Part shown: piece by piece, positions 10,009-19,805 of the stretch
How positions within the stretch are numbered: position 1 is the first letter of the stretch
Layout: each line of letters starts with the position of its first letter
Origin: Alphaproteobacteria bacterium
GTDB lineage: Bacteria; Pseudomonadota; Alphaproteobacteria; UBA7887
Reading direction: 5' to 3'
DNA length: 64,000 bases
Assembly (NCBI GenBank): GCA_965216755.1
Contig: CBDCGL010000011.1
Location: forward strand, 3,648,001-3,712,000
Program-made: the position numbers and the translations under genes
The notes under the pieces: generated by a model
Database searches by the model: none
Seen by the model: the letters and a program-made list of their open reading frames with translations, nothing else
What the model was told of the DNA's origin: nothing

Positions 10009-11214
10009 ATGGCGTTGCATACCGTCTTCATAACCTTGGGTGGGCTGTTTATCGTCGGGCTGGCGACGGACGAGATCGGCCGGCGCACGCGATTGCCGCG
10101 GGTCACCTTGCTGATCTTGTTGGGCGTTCTGGCTGGCCCGGTGGGCTTTGATGTGCTGCCGTCAGAGGTCGCGGATTGGTTCGAGTTCTTGGCGACAACG
10201 GCGCTGACGATGGTGGCTTTTTTGCTCGGCGGCAAATTGTCGCGCGACCAGCTGCGCGATCATGGTCGCGAGATCTTGGTGATTTCGCTTGCGGTGGTGG
10301 TCGCAACGGTGATCCTTGTCGGCGGCGGGTTGATGGCGATCGGCGTCGCCCCGGAACTGGCGATTTTGTTGTCCGCCATCGCCACCGCCACCGCACCGGC
10401 GGCAACCCAAGATGTCATCCGGCAAAGCGGCGCCAAGGGACCGTTCACAGACACTTTGCAGGGCATCGTCGCGATCGATGACGCGTGGGGCCTGATCGTG
10501 TTTTCGATGATCTTGATTGGCGTCAATGCGATGCTTGGCAACGGCACGGTGGCGGTGCTGCAACAAGGATTGTGGGAGCTGGGCGGCGCCATCGCTGTCG
10601 GTGTCGGCATTGGTGTGCCGGCGGCCTATCTCACCGGCCGCCTACGCCCGGGCGAGCCGCTCCAGGCCGAAGCTCTCGCCGTTGTCTTTTTGTGCGCCGG
10701 CGTGTCGGTGTGGCTCGACTTGTCCTTTTTGCTTGTGGGTATTGTCGCGGGCATGATCGTGGTTAACTTTGCCGAGCATCACACGCGCGCTTTTCACGAG
10801 ATCGAGAATGTCGAATGGCCATTTATGATCTTGTTTTTCTTTCTTGCCGGCGTGTCGCTCCATGTTGAGGGGGGGCGCGGCTTTGGCCTGATCATTTTCG
10901 GCTGCTTGCTGCTGCGCACGGTCGCGCGGATCGTTGGCGCTTGGTTTGGTGCGCGGGCGGTTGCCGCGCCGCCGATCTATCGGCGATGGATGGGGGGCGC
11001 CTTGTTGCCGCAAGCCGGCGTGGCCATGGGCATGGCCTTGGTCGCCGGCAACAATGTTCCGGAATATCGCGAGGTCGTGCTGGCCGTAACCATCGCGACG
11101 ACCGTTGTCTTCGAGCTGTTCGGGCCTTATGCGACCTTGGTCGCGCTGAGCCGGGCGGGTGAGACCGAAGCAGCGAATACGGAGCCTGGCGCATTGTCGA
11201 ACACAGAACATTGA
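10009..11214 (+). CDS. Cation:proton antiporter (CPA/Kef-type)
   Basis: About 12 TM segments; LPRVTLLIL.G, ATATAPAAT, IVAIDDAWG, LLPQAGVAMG. Confidence 0.9.
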   Translation: MALHTVFITLGGLFIVGLATDEIGRRTRLPRVTLLILLGVLAGPVGFDVLPSEVADWFEFLATTALTMVAFLLGGKLSRDQLRDHGREILVISLAVVVATVILVGGGLMAIGVAPELAILLSAIATATAPAATQDVIRQSGAKGPFTDTLQGIVAIDDAWGLIVFSMILIGVNAMLGNGTVAVLQQGLWELGGAIAVGVGIGVPAAYLTGRLRPGEPLQAEALAVVFLCAGVSVWLDLSFLLVGIVAGMIVVNFAEHHTRAFHEIENVEWPFMILFFFLAGVSLHVEGGRGFGLIIFGCLLLRTVARIVGAWFGARAVAAPPIYRRWMGGALLPQAGVAMGMALVAGNNVPEYREVVLAVTIATTVVFELFGPYATLVALSRAGETEAANTEPGALSNTEH

Positions 11215-11393
11215 TCGAAACGGTGCACCCGAGACACGTCCATGAGATGGCGGCACTGTCTGACGCCCGTGCCACAGGTCTTGATCAAGGGCTGCTAAAG
11301 TTCAGTTCGCCAACTGTCCGTTCGAAATGAGGCGCGTTCATCAGGGAGGAATTGGCCGACATGGCGGCCGTTGATGTGGTGTCAACCGCGCCA

Positions 11394-11888
11394 TCACTCT
11401 TGCGGGCTCGTCGGTGTGGCCGCCCATTCGCTCGCTAATCGTTGTGATTTGGCGATCTGTTCCGAGGTCATCAGCTGCGCGACGAAATCGCGGTCTTTGG
11501 CGGCGCCGGTGTCACCCTGTGCGGCGGCGATGTCCAGCCACATATGGGCTTGGACGAGATCTTGCGCGATTCCGCGACCGTTGGCGTACATTAGCGCCAG
11601 ATTGTATTGTGCGTTGGTGTAGCCCTGGTCGGCCGCCAGGCGATACCATTTGATCCCGGCGGCATGATCGCGCGGCACGCCGATCTCGTTGTCATACATG
11701 AATGCCAAGTTGTATTGGGCCGGCGCACTGCCTTGTTCCGCCAATTGACGCCACAGTTCAAACGCGGTGTCGTAGTCGCCCTGATCGAAGGCGGCGACCG
11801 CATCGTCGAATGGCTCGGCGGCGGCCGGCACGGCGAGCGCCCAAAGTGCGGTCATGGCGACCAGAATCGCTTGAATCATTTTTTGCAC
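11394..11888 (-). CDS. Secreted Sel1-repeat protein
   Basis: Signal peptide; LAEQG.A.AQYNLA.MY..G.GV repeats; strong RBS GAGGAGGAG. Confidence 0.9.
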   Translation of the reverse strand: MQKMIQAILVAMTALWALAVPAAAEPFDDAVAAFDQGDYDTAFELWRQLAEQGSAPAQYNLAFMYDNEIGVPRDHAAGIKWYRLAADQGYTNAQYNLALMYANGRGIAQDLVQAHMWLDIAAAQGDTGAAKDRDFVAQLMTSEQIAKSQRLASEWAATPTSPQE

Positions 11889-12059
11889 GGTCTCCTCCTC
11901 GCTATTGTTGGTGCTCGGGAAATTTCGATCGACAAATCGCGATCACGCATGGGCGCCCGAACGCATGGCGTCTGCCAACATCGAACGATGCAAACGTGCC
12001 ACTATGCTCACAGCACAATCGGCCGCTGTCAAAACATCGATTCCCACAGCGCTCGAAAA

Positions 12060-13016
12060 TCAATTGCCCGATACTGAGTCCACTGCGCCAAAGAGCACAT
12101 GGAGCCGTTCCAGGCACGGCGCGGCCAGTGGCTCGTCCAGCAATGACGAGACATTCGCCGCCAGGTGGTCAACGCGTCCGGTCCCGGTCAGGACCACATC
12201 AACGCCGGCCTGATGTCGGCAAAATCGATAGGCGCCATCGACGATTGATCGTGCGCCCCCCAATTCGACAAGGAAGCCCAACGGGTTGTCGCGCCGCACG
12301 GCGTCGCGTTCGATGACAGCGCCACGCAACAGGTCGTCGATCACGACCATCAAGGCCTCAGGGTCGCTCAGGGCGCGGCGCACCGCGAACATGACCAATG
12401 TGCCGATGTGCCGGGCCCGCGCCGGCGCCAGGACGCGCGCAGCGGCCGACGGATTGATCACATTGAAACCGGTCATCACCACGTCCCAATGCGTATCGTC
12501 AAGCGCACGCACCAGCATGCGGTGTTGGGGGTCGTGGATGAAACGCTCCGTCAGGCCCAGAAACCGAACCTTGCCTTGGCCCCGGAATCGATCAAGCACG
12601 GGCAGCAACATCTCGATGCAATAGTCATATTGATCCGGCATGACGCCGTGCAGATGCAGGATATCGATGTGACTTGTGCGAAGCCGGCCCAGGCTGGCCT
12701 CTATGTCGCGGCCGAATGCGGCCGGGTCGACCATTGTACTTCCCGTTGGCGACGCGCCACGCGCGACGACCCGCACTTTGGTCGAAAGCACCACCGAGTC
12801 GCGGCGTGCGCGGACAGCCTCGCCGACAATCTCTTCGGTGCCGTAGGCGGCGGCCGTGTCGATGACGTTGATGCCGAGATCAAGGGCCTCTTCGAGCACG
12901 CGCAACGAATCACTGCGGCTCAAACCATAGCTTTGGCCCAGGCGGCTGTGGCCGCCGCAGCCGAGACCGGCGACACTGACCCGCAATCCCGTGCGACCGA
13001 GCGTGACGTATTCCAT
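12060..13016 (-). CDS. Aldo/keto reductase
   Basis: LGRTGLRVS..GLG, GINVIDTAAAYGTEEIVG, SLGRLRTSHIDILHLH. Confidence 0.9.
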   Translation of the reverse strand: MEYVTLGRTGLRVSVAGLGCGGHSRLGQSYGLSRSDSLRVLEEALDLGINVIDTAAAYGTEEIVGEAVRARRDSVVLSTKVRVVARGASPTGSTMVDPAAFGRDIEASLGRLRTSHIDILHLHGVMPDQYDYCIEMLLPVLDRFRGQGKVRFLGLTERFIHDPQHRMLVRALDDTHWDVVMTGFNVINPSAAARVLAPARARHIGTLVMFAVRRALSDPEALMVVIDDLLRGAVIERDAVRRDNPLGFLVELGGARSIVDGAYRFCRHQAGVDVVLTGTGRVDHLAANVSSLLDEPLAAPCLERLHVLFGAVDSVSGN

Positions 13017-13252
13017 GGCGGCTCCGACGGTTTCACACAACCTCGGCCAGCGTAAAGCTTATCGCTGGCACGCGCGATCCCCAGCCATGGTCAGGTTGGT
13101 TTGTAAACACGAACCATCGGCGCCAGCATGCCTCGCTGGCGATTGTGTCGATCAATGGTCGACCCGAAGCCCGGCGGGATTCGGACTTGCCGGCAAAGCC
13201 GCGCCAGGCGATGGTGCCAAACATCAATTCCCAATCGAAGGAGCGATTTGTG

Positions 13253-13888
13253 ATGGCGTTGGATGTCATCGATGTTGGGCTCGGCCGCACCGGGACCATG
13301 TCTCTCAAACTGGCGCTGGAACAGCTCGGGTTTGGTCCTTGCCACCACATGGAGGAAGTGCTCAAGGCGCCAGACCAGGCGCAGCAATGGCTGGCCGCTG
13401 CCGATGACAACCCGGTCGATTGGGATGCGGTATTCAACGGATATCGCGCGGCCGTCGACTGGCCGACTGCGCGCTTCTGGCGCGCGATCATAGATCAATA
13501 CCCCGACGCCAAAATCATTCTGACGACGCGCGACCCGAACAGCTGGTTCAAGAGTATCTCGGGAACCATTCATTTGGTTCTTGAGGGGCGTGAGAAAATC
13601 GGCAACCCGGTCATGCGCCAGGTCATGGATATGGCGCATCGCATCATTTCCGATCAGACATTTGCCGGTCGTCTCGGCGAGGCCGCGCACGCAACAGAGG
13701 TCTTTCGACGACATAATGCGGCGGTGATCGAAGCGGTGCCGCCGGATCGTCTGCTCGTGTTTGAGGTTGCGCAAGGTTGGGGGCCGCTCTGCGACTATCT
13801 CGGATGCCCGGCGCCGGATACGCCGTTTCCGCGGGTCAACAGCACGAAAGAATTTTGGGAACTGGTCGAACAGGCAAGCGGTGGTTGA
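13253..13888 (+). CDS. Sulfotransferase-family protein (Sulfotransfer_4-like)
   Basis: GLGRTGTMSLKLALEQLGFGPCHHM, AVDWP, AKIILTTRDP..W..S, GWGPLC..LG...P..PFPRVN. Confidence 0.88.
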   Translation: MALDVIDVGLGRTGTMSLKLALEQLGFGPCHHMEEVLKAPDQAQQWLAAADDNPVDWDAVFNGYRAAVDWPTARFWRAIIDQYPDAKIILTTRDPNSWFKSISGTIHLVLEGREKIGNPVMRQVMDMAHRIISDQTFAGRLGEAAHATEVFRRHNAAVIEAVPPDRLLVFEVAQGWGPLCDYLGCPAPDTPFPRVNSTKEFWELVEQASGG

Positions 13889-13899
13889 GTGCGAGCGCG

Positions 13900-14451
13900 T
13901 TAGAGATTGAGTCCGGGGATTGGCCCAATCGGCGCCGGTGAGGCCCGGCGCTGTTCCGTGTGTCGCTGCCAGAACCCGACATCGTGCCAGCGACCAAACT
14001 TGTAGCCAATTTCGGTCAGCGTGCCGATATGGCGAAACCCGAATGTCTCGTGCAGGCCAACACTGGCATCGTTGGGTAAGCCGATAACGGCCACCTGGGT
14101 GTGAAACCCCTGTTGATCGGCGAGCGCCATGAGCTGTTCATAAAGGGCGCGGCCAATGCCCCGGCGTGCTGCGTCGGCGGCGACATAAACTGTTGATTCG
14201 ACGCACCAATCATATGCGGCCCGAGTATGCCAGGGCGAGACATAGGCAAGCCCCACCACACGCCGGTCTCGGCTTGCCACCAGCCACGGGTAGTGCGTGT
14301 GCGACTTTTGCCAATCTGCCGTCCAATCGCTGGGGTCTTGCGGCGCAGTGCGGAAATTGATCACCGTGGTGCGAATGTAGTGATTCACAATCTCGCACAC
14401 GGCCGTCATATCGGCGGCCTCGGCAAAACGTACGCTTACGGCTGACGACAT
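13900..14451 (-). CDS. GNAT N-acetyltransferase, phosphinothricin acetyltransferase (Pat/Bar)-like
   Basis: DM.AVC.IVNHYI.T..NFRT.PQ, YPWLVA, AYDW..ESTVYV, VAVIGLPND.SV, WHDVGFWQ. Confidence 0.88.
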   Translation of the reverse strand: MSSAVSVRFAEAADMTAVCEIVNHYIRTTVINFRTAPQDPSDWTADWQKSHTHYPWLVASRDRRVVGLAYVSPWHTRAAYDWCVESTVYVAADAARRGIGRALYEQLMALADQQGFHTQVAVIGLPNDASVGLHETFGFRHIGTLTEIGYKFGRWHDVGFWQRHTEQRRASPAPIGPIPGLNL

Positions 14452-14660
14452 AACTTCTCTGCCAAAAGGCGATTACAGCTGAAAAGGATAGCGCGATGCC
14501 GGACAAGGCTCCAACCAACGCGTCTGTCGCCGATGATCCATGCCGGCACTCTGTTGCGTGGCCGTTTAACACGGCACGACGGTACGGTCTACTTTGGGTC
14601 AGCTCAACATAAATGCGGCGATGTTCGTATGCGCGCGTGTCGTCTGCGGTGGTTGCTTGA

Positions 14661-14992
14661 TTATCGAAGCTGAAGACCGGCCATATATGTCGCGACGGCG
14701 CCGATCTCGTGCGCGGTCAATTGGCGATCGGGCATATGCCTGTGTGACATGCGTAGTGTTTGCGCGAGGCGATGGTAGTCGGCATCGGGGCGGCCGGCCA
14801 AGTTGGCAAATGACGGATACCAGAGTGTGTCGGTCTGCGATTGCCCCCGGCAACTCCGTGGCACCCGGAACATTTCTCAACCGCTACGGCTTTGCCGCGA
14901 TCGGCACCCACGGCCGTCACTGTGGTCGACTGCAGCATGCCGCCACACAAAACCGCAGCCAAGGTCACACGAACGATCGCCGTCGACGCCAT
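14661..14992 (-). pseudogene. Frameshifted small c-type cytochrome
   Basis: Signal peptide plus CSGCH in one frame (14717-15052 ORF). The PSF...LRMSHRHMP...VATYM C-terminal half is in another frame (14661-14873 ORF). The switch falls at a G5 run near 14844-14848. Confidence 0.7.
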
Positions 14993-15048
14993 TGCCGCTC
15001 CGACGGGGTGTTCGAAATTCCCGTCGCACAGCGCAATAGACGGGTCTT

Positions 15049-15342
15049 TCACTCCGATGCCTTAGCAACCAATTCGGCGAACGAGTGCATATAGCTGCTG
15101 TCGCCATACGGGCGATGGCACGCCAGGCACGCAGTGGCATCGTTGTTCTTGATCTCGCCAGCCGCGCTGAACAGGCCGTAATCCCAGTCGCCGTTGCGCA
15201 GTTCGTCGCTATAGGCGGCGCCCCAGCCGGCGCGCTTTTCCATCACCGCGATCGCTGCCAGATCGCCCGGGGCCATCCGGTTGGCATAATCGCGCAGAAT
15301 GTTTCCGGACTCGTCCATCTTGGGTTTGTAGACTTCCATCAC
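15049..15342 (-). pseudogene. Cytochrome P460-family protein, apparently 5'-truncated
   Basis: VMEVY...IAVMEKRAGWG..Y..ELRNGDWDY..F...ACLACH with C-terminal CxxCH. No ATG or signal peptide before the upstream in-frame stop. Confidence 0.65.
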
Positions 15343-15448
15343 GACCTGGGCGCCAACGGTCCTGGGAGCGTCGCTGGCGGATTCAATCAGTCCCCATTCG
15401 TTTCTTGTCGATCCGGAGCTCGATCTCGTTGGGATCGCCGATGGTCCG

Positions 15449-15955
15449 ATGCCATCTCAGATCTTCGCCGCGCGGTCTGGCACCACGCAAGTTGCCGAAA
15501 TTAGCGATGGCTTGTCCGAGCGGTTTATGGCCGGGGGCCCAACACATGCGCATGTCGCCCCGCCATCAATCCGCAGCGGTCATAGTGCCGCAAGCGTTGT
15601 CGATGTCAGTGTATTGGAGACGTTTACCGTTTCCACCGAGCAAAAGGTTGTCTCGGTCTTGCCGGTGATGGCAAACGGCACTTATCGTTTCGATCGAGGC
15701 GGCCCGTTCACGCCATATGTCGGCGGAGGTATCGGTTTCGCCTTTGTCGAGGCGGACCTCTATCGCCCTGGCGCGCCGTCAGGTGACACGGCATTGGCCT
15801 ATCAAGGCGTTGCCGGTGCCGACTACGAGATCTCCGACAAGATATCGGTGGGCCTGCGCTACAATTATTTGGCGACTATGGGCCGCTTCCACGGCGGTAC
15901 AGAACCCGCCGTAACAGCACATAGCGTCAGCGCCATCGCGCGTTTCGTGCCGTAG
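15449..15955 (+). pseudogene. Outer-membrane beta-barrel protein fragment (OmpA-like/OMP_b-brl)
   Basis: VMANGTYRF...FTPYVGGGIG...LAYQGVAGADY.ISD.ISVGLRYNY. No signal peptide or N-terminal strands. Confidence 0.55.
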
Positions 15956-16050
15956 TGTTTTGGGCTCTTTTTTGACAATATCGAGCCTGAGCTCGCAAGG
16001 CACGAGGGACTTCACCCTGGGTGCCCCGCGAGCTGTGTCCCACCTCCGAA

Positions 16051-16494
16051 CTATTGTTCTTGTGGGATGAAATCGGCCCTTTTGTGCTGGTGTAAGAAAA
16101 TGATGCAGTCCTCTGGCCCGATACAGGCGTCGCCATGCATGGCTTCGCCGGGTTGGAAGACATACGATCCGGGCGCCAGTTCCCGTTCTTCGCCGGTGTC
16201 GAACGAATGACGCCAGTTGCCGGTCAGATTGATCCCGTGATAGTCGCCGGTATGGGCGTGAACAGGCGCGACGAATCCCGCCGGCAGTTTGACCAACCGG
16301 CCATGGTCGCCGTCCGCTTCCGCTGGATCGCCCCAAAGCACGGCGATGCTGACGGGTGATCCGGGCCGCGCCGGCGCCCACTCAACGTCGGTGGCCAATG
16401 TCATCGTGCCGTGATTGGCATGACCGGCCGCGTAACCCAATCCCGCCGCGGCGATCAGCGACATGCCGACCGCCAGAGCTAGTTTCTTGGTCAT
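16051..16494 (-). CDS. Secreted cupin (DUF4437-like)
   Basis: Signal peptide; AVLWGDP, KLPAGF..PVHAHTGDYHG, LAPGSYVFQPG..MH...C. Confidence 0.8.
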   Translation of the reverse strand: MTKKLALAVGMSLIAAAGLGYAAGHANHGTMTLATDVEWAPARPGSPVSIAVLWGDPAEADGDHGRLVKLPAGFVAPVHAHTGDYHGINLTGNWRHSFDTGEERELAPGSYVFQPGEAMHGDACIGPEDCIIFLHQHKRADFIPQEQ

Positions 16495-16761
16495 CGTTCT
16501 CTCCCGTTTCGGTTTTTTTTCCTCGCAGATTCCGGCCGTCACGACGGAGTTGGTCGCTACCGCGCATGACTGTTTGCCTTTCGCGCGGCTGTCGGTCGAC
16601 CTATCGAAAGCCTATTCGCATGGCGGCCACGCGCGCAAGCGTGCGGCTAGAGCCTTTCACGCTCACCTGCGTTCACGTGTGAGGCTTTATCTCTTTGATA
16701 TCGGTCAACTTATCTTCGATCAAACGATTCCGTTTGATCGCAGGTTGATCTGGCGGGGTGC

Positions 16762-17103
16762 TTATGGCGTGTCTGTCAGGCTCAAGAAATACGCCAGGAC
16801 GTCTTCGCGCGTCTGGCCGTCAAGACGGGGGATCGGCATCAGCAAATGGGTCTTGGTCAAGGTTTCGCGAAATGCCGCGTCGTCGGCGGCCTGGTCACGG
16901 GCGATGGATCGGAAATCCGGCGGCGCGATGGTCAGATCCGGCGCCGGCGGCACACCGGTTTCGGTCTCGTGACAAGGGGCGCACCATTCGGCGACAAAAG
17001 CTCGTCCCCGCTCACTCTCCAGCGATGGAGACGCGTGGACAAGTGCCGCGGCCGTGCCGGCAACCGAGGCGGTGATGACAACAGTGCGGGCAAACGACAT
17101 CAT
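16762..17103 (-). CDS. Small periplasmic class I c-type cytochrome
   Basis: Signal peptide, CAPCH, APPDF, distal H.LMP, VLAYFLSL. Confidence 0.85.
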   Translation of the reverse strand: MMSFARTVVITASVAGTAAALVHASPSLESERGRAFVAEWCAPCHETETGVPPAPDLTIAPPDFRSIARDQAADDAAFRETLTKTHLLMPIPRLDGQTREDVLAYFLSLTDTP

Positions 17104-17276
17104 TCATAGGCCTTGCTTCTGGTCTTGGGGTTGTCACGGTGGTGACACGACTCGTTTAACTCATTTACGTGCGTCAAAGTGCTGATCTTGATCAGGGAAC
17201 GGCCCCCCATGGCACATGAAAATGAACCTGCCGCCCCGGTGGTCGGCCGCGGCTGTCTGTTGTGGTGTGAACGCGC

Positions 17277-18425
17277 GTGACCGCGAAACTTTTTGAGATC
17301 GGGTTTGTTCTTAATCCTATAGCTGGCATGGGTGGCCGCGTCGGTCTCAAGGGTACAGACGGCGTCGCCCCGGAAGCACGTCGGCGCGGCGCGACACCGA
17401 CGGCGCCGGGCAAGGCTGCGTTGGCGCTGGGCGCCTTGCGGGATTTGCTGGGCAAAATGCGGCCGCCGCTGGATCTGATATGGCGCACCGGCGGTGGCGT
17501 TTTGGGGGCAACGGCACTCAGCGAAGCGGGATTTCGTATCGTTGACATTGTCCATGAACCCGCTGGTGCGACAACCGCGACAGATACGAAAACAGTGGCT
17601 CGTGCGGTCCTTGAACGGGGCGTCGACTTGATTCTTTTTTGCGGTGGCGATGGCACGGCGCGCGATATCGCCGCGACGGTCGGTGAGCGCGTCCCGATAC
17701 TGGGTATACCCGCCGGCGTGAAAATGTACTCTGGTGTATTCGGCGTCACGCCGGCCCGCACGGCCGAAATCGTGGTTGCATTCGCGCGCGGTGCAATCAC
17801 GGCGGAAACAGTCGAGATTCTCGACCTGGATGAAGAGCGCTATCGGCAGGGCGTATGGGCTGTGCGTTTGTATCACGCGGCGCGCACGCCGATCGCGCCG
17901 GCTTTTACCCAAGCCAGTAAGGCACTGATCACGGCGTCCAGCGAAGACGATGCCAAGGCGGATATTGCCAAGACACTTATCGAAGATTTCGCTGGTGCGT
18001 CTACGATCTTGATTCTGCTAGGGCCGGGCAGCACCGTCCGTGCGTTTGGCGATGCGTTGGGGATCGAGACCACTCTGCTCGGCGTGGACGCAATTGTTGG
18101 TGGCGTGCTTGTGGGCGCCGATCTCTCGGAACGAGGGATTCTGGAATTGCTCGATCGTTATCCGGAATGCAAATTGATCCTCAGCCCAATCGGCGCGCAA
18201 GGTTTTATCCTCGGGCGCGGCAACCTGCAGCTCAGTCCCAAGGTGATCCGTCGGATCGGACGCGACAATATCGTTGTCGTGGCGACGCCCGCCAAACTTC
18301 GGCAGACCAACGCCCTGCGTTTTGACATGGGCGACAGGGACCTCGACGAAGCTCTCGCCGGCACCGGATATGTTTCCGTTCTGGTCGGCTATCGCACCAG
18401 TCAGCTTGTGAAAATAGCAACATAG
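17277..18425 (+). CDS. ATP-NAD kinase family protein
   Basis: NPIAGMGGRVGLKGTDG, GGDGTARDI, GIPAGVKMYSGVF, GFILGRGNLQLSP. Confidence 0.88.
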   Translation: MTAKLFEIGFVLNPIAGMGGRVGLKGTDGVAPEARRRGATPTAPGKAALALGALRDLLGKMRPPLDLIWRTGGGVLGATALSEAGFRIVDIVHEPAGATTATDTKTVARAVLERGVDLILFCGGDGTARDIAATVGERVPILGIPAGVKMYSGVFGVTPARTAEIVVAFARGAITAETVEILDLDEERYRQGVWAVRLYHAARTPIAPAFTQASKALITASSEDDAKADIAKTLIEDFAGASTILILLGPGSTVRAFGDALGIETTLLGVDAIVGGVLVGADLSERGILELLDRYPECKLILSPIGAQGFILGRGNLQLSPKVIRRIGRDNIVVVATPAKLRQTNALRFDMGDRDLDEALAGTGYVSVLVGYRTSQLVKIAT

Positions 18426-18677
18426 GTCGCGCGGCCACATCCGGCATATGGTGCGATACAGAATCCCAAGTACCGGCGGAAGCGCCGGTCGCTACGCCGT
18501 GCACGCACAACAGCCCATGTTCGCGCGCATTTGTTTGGTTATCGCGGCGCGCGTATCGTAACAGTAGAAAGCACGTGGCCGGCGCGGGGATCGATCCGTA
18601 TTTGGCGCAATCGTGGTGTACGAGCATCCTGTTGTCGCGCCAGGTCGATCCCCCAAAATGTTGTGGAGGAAACGGCA

Positions 18678-19760
18678 ATGGCTGTGCAGCGTCGATCATT
18701 CCTGAAAGGGGGTGCCGCTGGCGCGTTGGTGGCCGCGTCAACGTTGCCGAAACCGGCACTATCGCAAGGCCGCTTACGGTGGAAAATGGTCACCTGCTGG
18801 CCAAAGAACTTTCCTGGCCTCGGCATGACCGCCAATCAGATTGGCGAGCAAATCACCAAAATGAGCGAAGGCCGGCTTGAGGTGCGGGTCTACGGCGCGG
18901 GTGAAATCGTGCCCGCGTTCGAAGTCTTTGATGCCGTGCGCAGCGGCATCGCCGAACTTGGTCATGGCTGGGATGGCTATTGGATAGCCAAGCATCCAGG
19001 GGCGCCGTTCTTTGGCGGCGTGCCAAACGGATTAGGGCCACATGAGCAAGTATCTTGGATCATGCACGGCGGCGGCCAGGAATTGTGGGAAGAGCTGTAC
19101 GCGGACTTTGACGTGCAACCGTTCATCGCCGGAGTCAATCCGCCGTCATTTTTCGGCTGGTATCGTCGCCCGGTCGAATCGCTTGACGACCTCGGTGGCT
19201 TGAAAATTCGTATGGCCGGGTTGCCGGGAGAGGTTCTCAATCGTCTCGGTGCGACGTCGGTCAACATCCCTGGCGGCGAGATCATGAGTGCCCTGCAAGC
19301 CGGCGTCGTCGATGCCGTTGAATGGGGCGGTGCATGGGCGGATCTTGCCTTCGGTTTCCAGAAGATCGCCAAAATTTGCTATTGGCCGGGCATACACGAG
19401 CCCGGGGCGTCGAATTCCTTGCTGGTCAACAAGGCTTTGTTCGATGCACTGTCCGATGACTTGAAAGAGATCGTCAAGGTCGCATCGCACAACGGGATCA
19501 ATCGGCTTTATGCCGAATCCACCCATCAAAACGCGATCAGCTACCAAGTCCTGCAAGACAAACATGATGTTGCGTTCAAACGGCTGCCGGATGATGTGAT
19601 CGCTGCATTCCTGAAAGTTAGCTTGGATGTGATGCGCGAAACAGCCGAGAAAGACTCCTTGGCCTTGCGTATCCACGATCATTTCATGGCGTTTCGCGAA
19701 CGGGCGAGCGCCATAGCCCCTGTGGTCGAGCTCGGCTATCTAAGTGCCCGCTCGGCGTGA
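18678..19760 (+). CDS. TRAP transporter substrate-binding protein (TakP/DctP type, Tat signal)
   Basis: RRSFLKG Tat motif; WKMVTCWPKNFPGLG, GLKIRMAG, DAVEWGG, YWPGIHEPG. Confidence 0.9.
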   Translation: MAVQRRSFLKGGAAGALVAASTLPKPALSQGRLRWKMVTCWPKNFPGLGMTANQIGEQITKMSEGRLEVRVYGAGEIVPAFEVFDAVRSGIAELGHGWDGYWIAKHPGAPFFGGVPNGLGPHEQVSWIMHGGGQELWEELYADFDVQPFIAGVNPPSFFGWYRRPVESLDDLGGLKIRMAGLPGEVLNRLGATSVNIPGGEIMSALQAGVVDAVEWGGAWADLAFGFQKIAKICYWPGIHEPGASNSLLVNKALFDALSDDLKEIVKVASHNGINRLYAESTHQNAISYQVLQDKHDVAFKRLPDDVIAAFLKVSLDVMRETAEKDSLALRIHDHFMAFRERASAIAPVVELGYLSARSA

Positions 19761-19805
19761 CGCGATCACCATGCGGACTACAAACTGGCGACGGAGGAGC
19801 AGCTG

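Noticed and set aside
4878-14451. A phosphinothricin/bialaphos biosynthetic cluster (pepM + ppd + pat)
   Set aside because: No carboxyPEP mutase, P-methyltransferase, HEP dioxygenase or NRPS genes. The pepM operon content points to lipid or surface phosphonates, and the pat-like gene is separated by unrelated genes.
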